From: Candidatus Sumerlaeaceae bacterium
GTDB taxonomy: Bacteria; Sumerlaeota; Sumerlaeia; Sumerlaeales; Sumerlaeaceae
NCBI GenBank assembly: GCA_051003195.1
Contig: JBPCLP010000025.1
Span: forward strand, 96,001 to 160,000
Length of the DNA stretch: 64,000 nt
Direction of reading: 5' to 3'
Shown: piece by piece, positions 57,013 to 64,000 of the stretch
Position numbering within the stretch: position 1 is the stretch's first letter
Layout of the letters: every line of letters begins with the position of its first letter
Position numbers and translations under genes: made by a program
The notes under the pieces: generated by a model
The model's database searches: none
What the model was told of the DNA's origin: nothing
What the model saw: the letters and a program-made list of their open reading frames with translations, nothing else

Positions 57013-58041
57013 ATGTCGACCCCCGAACACACTGCGCGCTACCTCGCCGCCGCTGACGGACGAGTCGTTTGGCAGGAGCGCGCCTTCGGCCCGCTTCCGC
57101 CGCTGCACGTGCGCGTGCGCACGCTCTTCTCCGGACTCAGCGTGGGCACGGAGATCGAAACTGTGAGGCGCAGCAAGAGCGGGACTTTGGCCGCGGACGC
57201 CAACCTTGGCTACCAGCTTGTGGGCGAAGTGCTTGAATCCGCGATTGATGGAATCGTGCCGGGGACACGCGTGGCGTGTTACGGTGGCCCCTATGTTCAC
57301 CACGCCTCGATCGTGGAGGTTCCGAAACACCTGTGTGCTCAACTACCGGCGTCTGTCGTTGTACCAGATGGGGGGTATTGTGGCCTCGGCGCCATTGCTC
57401 TGCACGCGTTCCGGAGCACCGCAGCAGCCCTGGGAGAAATAACTGCGGTCATCGGCCTTGGGATGGTCGGCAACCTCATTGCGCAGATCAGCCGCGCCGC
57501 AGGATGCCAGGTGTTCGGCCTGGAGCCTGTTGCCGAGCGCCGATCCCTGGCGGGAGAATGCGGAATTGCTACCGCGGCGTCGACGGCAGAATTGTACGAC
57601 CAGGTTCTGTCCGCTTCTAACGGCGCAGGTGCCGATGCGGTGCTCATTGCCGCAGGAAACTGCTCGTCCGATCTCCTGGAATTTGCCTGCTCTCTCGTGC
57701 GTCGCGCTGGTTGCATAGCGATCGTCGGACTTTGCGACGCTGCTGTTCCTCGCGAATCCCTCTTTCAAACGGAGGCGCGAATCCTTGTTCCCCGCGCCGG
57801 CGGCCCCGGACGCCGCGATCCACAGTACGAACGACTGGGGATCGACTATCCATACGAGCACGCGCGCTGGACGGAGCACCGCAACTTACACGAATTTCTC
57901 CGCCTGCTGGAAATCGGGGCGGTACAAATCAGCACACTCTATGATGTGGTTCCAGTGTCTGATGCGCCGGCGACATACGAGCGGTTGCAATCCAGAATGT
58001 CCGCGCATCTCGGGCACGTTTTTGACTGGCAGGGTCTATAG
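57013..58041 (+). CDS. MDR-superfamily (zinc-binding type) dehydrogenase
   Basis: SGLSVGTE, LGYQLVG, GLGAIALH, VIGLGMVG, WTEHRNL. Confidence 0.8.
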   Translation: MSTPEHTARYLAAADGRVVWQERAFGPLPPLHVRVRTLFSGLSVGTEIETVRRSKSGTLAADANLGYQLVGEVLESAIDGIVPGTRVACYGGPYVHHASIVEVPKHLCAQLPASVVVPDGGYCGLGAIALHAFRSTAAALGEITAVIGLGMVGNLIAQISRAAGCQVFGLEPVAERRSLAGECGIATAASTAELYDQVLSASNGAGADAVLIAAGNCSSDLLEFACSLVRRAGCIAIVGLCDAAVPRESLFQTEARILVPRAGGPGRRDPQYERLGIDYPYEHARWTEHRNLHEFLRLLEIGAVQISTLYDVVPVSDAPATYERLQSRMSAHLGHVFDWQGL

Positions 58042-58071
58042 AGACACGGCTACGGAAGAGGGCTATGGCTA

Positions 58072-58168
58072 TTGTGATATCCCATTAATTCGTTCACTGG
58101 TTTTGTGTGCCGTCCGAGTTCGAAAGCTTCCTGAAGTATGAGTATGAACTTCCGGGACGGCGCACTAG
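58072..58168 (-). mobile_element. Divergent relative of families A/B, in tandem with family A copy 4
   Basis: TTCGT..CTGGTTTTGTGTGCCGTCC...GGACGGCGCACTAG has the same layout with compensatory stem changes. Confidence 0.55.
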
Positions 58169-58265
58169 GGGTGGTCCACCGTTAGTTCGTAATCTGTTCT
58201 GTGTGCCGAATCGAGGTCAAATCTGCTCTTTGGTCTGGTGAGGAACTACTGATTCGGCACACTAG
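58165..58265 (-). mobile_element. CTAG-bounded hairpin element (family A), copy 4
   Basis: CTAG at 58165-58168 and 58262-58265; GTGTGCCGAATC/GATTCGGCACAC stem. Confidence 0.82.
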
Positions 58266-59470
58266 GGACCTTCGATGACAAACACACTGCCGGCGCTGAG
58301 AATACCACTCACGACATTGCCAGGAGATCCGATAAACAGCCGCTTTCCATCCGACGCCACCACATGGCCGAACCGGTCGCCCGGTGTGCTCTCCGGGTTT
58401 ACAATGGTCAGAACCACCGCGCCGGTGCTTATGTCGAACAGGTACGCTGCGCCGGCATCGACTCCGCCGAAATCGTCACCCGGTGCTCCCACCAGCAGGT
58501 ATGACTTCCCGACAAACGCGACCGATGTCCCGAACAGGTCGCCGGTATCAGGTGAGGGATTATCGAACCGCACCGGTGCCGCGCCCGTGCTTAGATTGTA
58601 CAAATACACCGCGCCGCTCGTCAGTTCACCGGGAGCCCCCACAGCCAGCAGCCTCTTGCTGGCTGCCAGCGCTGCACCAAACCGTGCACCGGGTCGGCGG
58701 CCGGGCTCCAATATCAAACCGAAATACTGGCGCGTGCGTGCATCATAAACATATGCTGCGCCTGCGTTCGCCCCTGCGGGAGCAATTTGTCCCGGCGCTC
58801 CCACGGCTATCACATTGCCGGACAGAAAGGCGAGCGCGCTTCCAAATTCCTGGTTCTGCGAGATACTGGCAGGAAAAAGAATGCTGACCGGTAAGGAGGT
58901 TTTCTGGTCAAAGACATAGACCGTGCCCGCGTTGGACGTGACCGTGTCGTCTCCGGGCGCGCCCAGCGCGTACAGCTTTTTCCGAGCAGCGACGTCAGTT
59001 CCGAAATAATCCTGCGCGCTTAATGCCGGGTTCACAAACGTGCGCTGATAATTGATAATTTTTAAGCTTACAAGATAGCCATAGCCCGAATCAATCAGGC
59101 TAAAATCACCCTGCGGTTCGCCGATTACGACACTACGGCCGGCAATGGCGAGCGCGGCACCGAATGAAGTAAAGGTATCCAGGCCGGTGCGGTTAATCAA
59201 CTGTCGAAACGAAAGCAGCTTCGCATCATAAATGGATACGGAGCCGCCGCCTACCGTTGAGTTGCTGTCGTAAGGAGCACCAATCACCAGGTCCTTGCTG
59301 GTTACGGCAACCTCCGCGCCAAACTGGTCGAGCAAACCTGGTTGAGGGTTATCTATCTTAAGAATAACGTCGCCCGGCAAAGCTGAAACATTTTGCTGCG
59401 CTGCAAAAACCAGCAGTACCAAAAAGCTGAAAAACTGAATCCGGATCATGATTTCACCCTCCCGAGGCAA
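58262..59470 (-). CDS. Secreted FG-GAP repeat beta-propeller protein (paralog of 29097-30356)
   Basis: Seven FG..VA...VGAPG...GA.Y-type repeats; signal peptide. Confidence 0.85.
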   Translation of the reverse strand: MPREGEIMIRIQFFSFLVLLVFAAQQNVSALPGDVILKIDNPQPGLLDQFGAEVAVTSKDLVIGAPYDSNSTVGGGSVSIYDAKLLSFRQLINRTGLDTFTSFGAALAIAGRSVVIGEPQGDFSLIDSGYGYLVSLKIINYQRTFVNPALSAQDYFGTDVAARKKLYALGAPGDDTVTSNAGTVYVFDQKTSLPVSILFPASISQNQEFGSALAFLSGNVIAVGAPGQIAPAGANAGAAYVYDARTRQYFGLILEPGRRPGARFGAALAASKRLLAVGAPGELTSGAVYLYNLSTGAAPVRFDNPSPDTGDLFGTSVAFVGKSYLLVGAPGDDFGGVDAGAAYLFDISTGAVVLTIVNPESTPGDRFGHVVASDGKRLFIGSPGNVVSGILSAGSVFVIEGP

Positions 59471-59590
59471 AAGCTCAGCACCACAGATTATCGTATCAAG
59501 ATAGCAGTGTACGCGCCAGACATTCGCCAGACAAATGCTCTGCGACGGTTTTTGATGACAAGGACCCCTGCGACTGCACGACCTGCCTGA

Positions 59591-60862
59591 ATGTGGCGTG
59601 TACCCCTCAGCGACCTTAACTATGGTCCGGAAGAAGAAGCGGCGGTGCTTGATGTGCTGCGTTCCAGATGGCTAACGATGGGGCCACGAACCGAGGAGTT
59701 CGAGGCGCAAGTCGCGGCGTACCTTGATGTGAAACACGCGATCGCAGTGGCGAATTGCACATGCGGACTGCACCTTGCTTACCAGCTGTTGCTGGCTGCT
59801 TCACACTCCTCCAGCAGCGTGGCTTCGACGTCGAGTGGCACCGCACGCAAGCCCGTGGTGCTCGTGCCGGACATTACATTTGTCGCCAGTAGCAACGCAG
59901 CCATCTCCTCCGGCGCGCGGCCGACGTTCTGCGATATCATCGACCTGAAAACGCCAACTGCGCGCGCGACGCATGCCCAGGCTTTGATCGATAGCGCATC
60001 GGGCGCGGCGGCAATCTTTTGTCTCGTTCACTATGCGGGATTCGACGCGGGCACTGACGAATTTTTGAAGCTCAGCCGCGCGCGCGGCATGATGCTGGTG
60101 GAAGATGCGGCCCATGCCATTGGCGCCAGGAACTCCGCGGGCCAAATGCTTGGCACGATTGGCGACATAGGATGCTATTCCTTTTTTTCCAACAAGAACC
60201 TCGCAACTGGCGAAGGTGGATTACTGGTCACCAACAATGACGACATTGCGACGGGACTGCGCCTGCTTCGCTCGCACGGAATGACGTCGCTTACTTACCA
60301 GCGCCATCGCAGTAAGTCGCACGGTTATGATGTGGTATCCATCGGCCATAACTATCGATGCACCGAAATCATGGCAGCGCTCGGGATCGAGCAGCTTAAG
60401 AAACTCGACGCGGGGAACGAGCGCCGGCGACAGCTCTATCGCCTATATTGCGAGGCTTTTGGCGATGAATCGCGCCTGCTCGTGCCTTTTGCGGAATCGA
60501 CGGAAGCCATCGACCGCGCTGCATGCCACATCTTCCCGCTGGTGTGTGCAGGTGCGGGGCTGCGTGACCGAATTCGCGACGCACTAACGAATGCCGGTGT
60601 GCAAACTTCACACCACTATCCACCGGTGCATACCTTCAGTTACTATCGCAAAACAGTGGGCGGCGGCGTGCGAATACCCGAGATGCATGAGCTCGGCGAT
60701 GGTTTTCCACCGGCGTGGGCCGGTGGTCGCGCAGCGTTCCCCCTCGCGGCATCCGTCCACTACGCGGCGCGCCAGATCACTCTTCCGCTGCACCCTAACC
60801 TGAAGAATTCCGAGCTCGAGGAAATTGTCTCCATCGTGCTTCGCACAGTGGCGGAATCTTAA
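59591..60862 (+). CDS. DegT/DnrJ/EryC1/StrS sugar aminotransferase
   Basis: WLTMGP, VEDAAHAIG, YSFFSNKNLATGEGG, GHNYR, TLPLHP. Confidence 0.93.
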   Translation: MWRVPLSDLNYGPEEEAAVLDVLRSRWLTMGPRTEEFEAQVAAYLDVKHAIAVANCTCGLHLAYQLLLAASHSSSSVASTSSGTARKPVVLVPDITFVASSNAAISSGARPTFCDIIDLKTPTARATHAQALIDSASGAAAIFCLVHYAGFDAGTDEFLKLSRARGMMLVEDAAHAIGARNSAGQMLGTIGDIGCYSFFSNKNLATGEGGLLVTNNDDIATGLRLLRSHGMTSLTYQRHRSKSHGYDVVSIGHNYRCTEIMAALGIEQLKKLDAGNERRRQLYRLYCEAFGDESRLLVPFAESTEAIDRAACHIFPLVCAGAGLRDRIRDALTNAGVQTSHHYPPVHTFSYYRKTVGGGVRIPEMHELGDGFPPAWAGGRAAFPLAASVHYAARQITLPLHPNLKNSELEEIVSIVLRTVAES

Positions 60863-63366
60863 TGTCTAAATTCCTGGCATGCTGTTTTGCTCTCTTAATG
60901 ACGATGTTGAATATTGCACCCGCGGCGGGCGCTGCACCGCCGTGGCATACAATCGTCTGGAGCCGATCGACCGAATCCGAAAACCTCGCGGTGCTCGACC
61001 TGCAGCGGTACCTGGCGCAAGTCACCGGTACACTTCCAAAAATCCAATCGCTCACGGCATGGCGATCCAGCCCGGATCCTGCGCTTCTCGTCGGCTCGCC
61101 AGCTTCAAACGAATTCGTAAAGTCGCTCAGTCTCGAAAACGAGCTGACCTCGGCCGGCAAAGAGGGCTATGTCCTGGCGCGGCGAACTGTCCAAGGCCAG
61201 CCTGTCGTCATTGTGGCGGGGGCGACACCGGCGGGTGTGGTCAATGCGGTTTACGGGCTGCTACGCGAGCTGAACTATGGGTTCTACCTGGGAAGCGAAG
61301 CGATTCCGGCTTCCCTTCCAGACTCGCTTGCGAGCGAAACGATCGTCCGCTCTCCGGTATTGCGGGTGCGCGGAGTGCTCCCATGGTATAATTTCTTTAA
61401 CAGCCCCACTACCTGGGAGTCTGAGGATCACCGCGCGCTCGTTGACCAGCTCATTCGCAGCGGAGCAAACTTTGTCGGGTTTCACAGTTACGATGTCGAG
61501 CCATTCGCAGCGTACAAGGACGAGGATGGGCGCACGACGATGGGCGAGCGGCTGCTGAACACCTCCTCGCCCACATGGGGTACACGCGCCGTTCCGACGA
61601 AGGAGTTCGCTGGGGGAACCGAGAAACTTTTCGACCAGCCCTATTTCGGTGCCAACTCCACACTGACCTCCAGTACCCGGGAGGTCGCGATTTTGCGCGA
61701 GAAGGAAATCCTGCGCGACGCCCTCCACTACGCAAATCGACGCGGTCTTCAGACGTGTCTCGGGTTCGAGGTTTCTTTGGACCCTACAGATCCCGCCGAA
61801 TCCAATGCTTTCGCGGGGCGGCTGCGCGAGCTCCTGGAGTTTTACCCCATGCTCGACTACGTATGGCTATGGCAGCCCGAAACGCAGGGCGTCCAGGGCT
61901 ACGGTGATTATCGCCAGCACATCCTGCCGGGCAAGCTCGCGCCGAACAGCAAACTTCCAGAGCTGGGTCGTAACCGCACGGAGGTGTTCAAGCGCGTGGT
62001 CGAGCGTACGGCCGGCGAGCGTCCGTTCCTGCAGGAAACAACGGCCGGTAAATCCGCACGCGCAATGGAAGGAGCCCGGCTCGAACAATACGCGCTGCAT
62101 GCTCTCTCCATTATGAAATCCCACGCGAATCCGCGCACACGACTTGTTATTTCGGGATGGGGTGGCGATGAACGCCTGCTTTCGGCGGAATATTACCATG
62201 GTCTCGACAAGCTGCTGCCGAAGAGCGTCGTGTTCGCGTCGCTCGATCATATCGCTCCGCGTACTCGAATCGATCGCATCTACCACGAACTACCACCCGA
62301 CCGCGAACGCTGGCCGATCCCGTGGCTTGAGAACGACGGCGATGAGTGGCACCCGCAACCTTATGTGCACACGTACGAAGGCCTTATGCGCGACCTCCTG
62401 CAGTCTGGCAGCCAGGGCGTGCTGGGGATCCACTGGCGCACGCGCGATCTGGAGGAGAACTTCGGCTATTTGATGGCCGCCGCGTGGAACCCTGGACTTA
62501 CTGCACGCGAGTACTTCCAGGATCTTGCCCGCCGTTGTTATTCGTCGCAAATAGCCGCAGACATGGCGGAGATTCATGTACAGCTCGATGCGCTGGGATA
62601 CCGCTGGGTGGGGGGGGCAGGCCAGGTAGAATGTGGGAACTTCGGATGGGGCCCAGGCATTGATGAGAAAGCAGCGCAACTCCACAACATCCGCAAACTG
62701 TGTACTGAACTTCTTCCGAGGGCGGGCAACGGCAGTGCTCGTCTGCAGTGGCTGATTGACTGCATGAACTGGAGTCTGAGCTACCGTAACGCGGAACTTG
62801 CTGCCACGCGAGCCGGGGAGCTGCTCACCCGCGCTGCCGCCGAGTCTACACAATCGCGCGAGCTCGCGGCCGATGCCCTGGCAGTTCTATCTTCAAACAC
62901 ACTTGAGAACGCGTTGCAGGCATACGCACGACGTCTCAGCACCCGCGGCGAATACGGCGTGCTGGCAACCATCAACTGCAAAGCAATGCCGGCCTGGCGC
63001 GACTTAGTCACCCGAGCACAAGAACTCGCCGCCCATGAAGACGTCTCCAGTTCCTCTTCTACCTGGACCGTAGATCCAAAAATCGTGGTTCCACGTTTTC
63101 ATTCCACTGCGTTCGCTGGCGAGCCGCTTGTCATCAAATCACTCGTGCTTGGGGATCGGCCTGCGTTCGCACATGTTCGCCAACTCGGCCAGCAGACATG
63201 GTCATCACGGCCTCTCACCAAAAGTACAGGGCAGGTTTATCGCTTTGAAATACCCGCCACTTCCGTGCGTTCACCGGGCCTGCAGATTGGATTTTCCTTT
63301 TCAGAGGACCATGCCGAGGCTATGTCCTGGGGGCCGATTGCGATTACGGTGCTTCCCCGCAAATAG
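60862..63366 (+). CDS. Large secreted hypothetical protein with GH67/GH20-type N-terminal domain
   Basis: Signal peptide; DLQRYLAQVTG, GKEGYVL, GVVNAVYGLL, RGVLPWYNF. Confidence 0.6.
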   Translation: MSKFLACCFALLMTMLNIAPAAGAAPPWHTIVWSRSTESENLAVLDLQRYLAQVTGTLPKIQSLTAWRSSPDPALLVGSPASNEFVKSLSLENELTSAGKEGYVLARRTVQGQPVVIVAGATPAGVVNAVYGLLRELNYGFYLGSEAIPASLPDSLASETIVRSPVLRVRGVLPWYNFFNSPTTWESEDHRALVDQLIRSGANFVGFHSYDVEPFAAYKDEDGRTTMGERLLNTSSPTWGTRAVPTKEFAGGTEKLFDQPYFGANSTLTSSTREVAILREKEILRDALHYANRRGLQTCLGFEVSLDPTDPAESNAFAGRLRELLEFYPMLDYVWLWQPETQGVQGYGDYRQHILPGKLAPNSKLPELGRNRTEVFKRVVERTAGERPFLQETTAGKSARAMEGARLEQYALHALSIMKSHANPRTRLVISGWGGDERLLSAEYYHGLDKLLPKSVVFASLDHIAPRTRIDRIYHELPPDRERWPIPWLENDGDEWHPQPYVHTYEGLMRDLLQSGSQGVLGIHWRTRDLEENFGYLMAAAWNPGLTAREYFQDLARRCYSSQIAADMAEIHVQLDALGYRWVGGAGQVECGNFGWGPGIDEKAAQLHNIRKLCTELLPRAGNGSARLQWLIDCMNWSLSYRNAELAATRAGELLTRAAAESTQSRELAADALAVLSSNTLENALQAYARRLSTRGEYGVLATINCKAMPAWRDLVTRAQELAAHEDVSSSSSTWTVDPKIVVPRFHSTAFAGEPLVIKSLVLGDRPAFAHVRQLGQQTWSSRPLTKSTGQVYRFEIPATSVRSPGLQIGFSFSEDHAEAMSWGPIAITVLPRK

Positions 63367-63445
63367 CCAGCTTCGCCGGGCTTTCACCGTTGTGTAGTTT
63401 CTTATTGGTTTACAGGGCGCCCGGGCACCCCGACCGTGGCGACCC

Positions 63446-64000
63446 GTGAAGCTGTCCGTCATCATTCCGTGCTACAACGAGGCGCGCACGCTGTCGACTG
63501 TTCTGGATGCGGTGAGGCGCGTGCCCATCGACAAGGAGATTATCGTTGTCGATGGGAACTCGAACGACGGCAGCCGTGAAATCCTCGAGCGCGAAGCAGC
63601 CGCAGGCGACCTTCGTCCCATTTACCAGCGGGATAAGAACGGCCGTGGGGGAGCCCTGCGCGAAGGCATCACGGCGGCCACAGGGGACGTGCTAGTCTTC
63701 CAGGATGCGGACCTCGAACTTGATCCGGCCTGCTTCCCGAAACTGCTCGCGCCCATTTCAGCGGGCCAGGCGGATATCGTCTTTGGCTCGCGCTTTCTCA
63801 CCGGACGGCCTGACATGACGTTCCTCCAGTACTGGGGCAACAAGACGGTGAACTGGACACTCAATCTTCTTTGGGGGACACGGCTTACGGATGTTGAGAC
63901 GTGCTACCAGATGTTCCGCCGCTCGACTGTGGACGGTATGAGCTTCGACCGCAACGATATGTCCTTCACGGTGGAACTCACCCTGCGGCTGGTCCGGAGC
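63446..64000 (+). CDS. GT2 glycosyltransferase (DPM synthase-like), 3'-truncated by the window edge and absent from the ORF track
   Basis: Manual translation: MKLSVIIPCYNEART...IIVVDGNSNDGS...FQDADLELDP...FGSRF...LTDVETCY. Confidence 0.9.
   Translation, partial: MKLSVIIPCYNEARTLSTVLDAVRRVPIDKEIIVVDGNSNDGSREILEREAAAGDLRPIYQRDKNGRGGALREGITAATGDVLVFQDADLELDPACFPKLLAPISAGQADIVFGSRFLTGRPDMTFLQYWGNKTVNWTLNLLWGTRLTDVETCYQMFRRSTVDGMSFDRNDMSFTVELTLRLVRS

Noticed and set aside
56905..57342. N-terminal 146 codons of the 578-aa ABC binding-protein ORF
   Set aside because: Overlaps the divergent dehydrogenase gene; the lipobox places the real start near 56904
59800..59850. Ser-rich insertion in the DegT-family aminotransferase
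   Set aside because: Short low-complexity loop with no intein or repeat hallmarks

Overview
A 64 kb bacterial chromosomal window, GC-rich overall with AT-richer islands at about 32.7-33.6 kb and 35.4-36.8 kb. The lineage is most likely Candidatus Sumerlaeota (BRC1) or a related diderm. That is an inference from two GFTLIELLIVVAIIAILAAIAVPNFLEAQTR...YDxTNGT pseudopilins and a secreted protein ending AASDEWMLMQ. Housekeeping content: mpg, rny, 5-formyl-THF cyclo-ligase, deoC, lysS, zapA/zapB, recR and an envelope cluster ppiD-bamA-skp-lpxC-fabZ. The right half holds a glycan/sugar-acid catabolic region (GH20, sulfatase, class III aminotransferase, DgoD-like dehydratase, SSS symporter, FAH protein, sugar ABC transporter). 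The best candidate for an undescribed system is a compact operon of four similarly sized (299-329 aa), very acidic, His-rich, apparently all-helical proteins with no family I recognise (37086-40872). The window also carries a layered set of small mobile DNA. It includes a 131-bp MITE inserted twice at the same position of a RAYT-associated motif, CTAG-bounded hairpin elements that sit on TAG stop codons, two RAYT remnants, and a GxxExxY gene enclosed by 31-bp inverted repeats. Also seen: a DeoC with a microcompartment-type encapsulation peptide, a probable antisense 6S RNA and a decayed AbiE-like toxin-antitoxin pair. No CRISPR array, tRNA or rRNA was found. All calls come from reading the sequence; no database searches were run.
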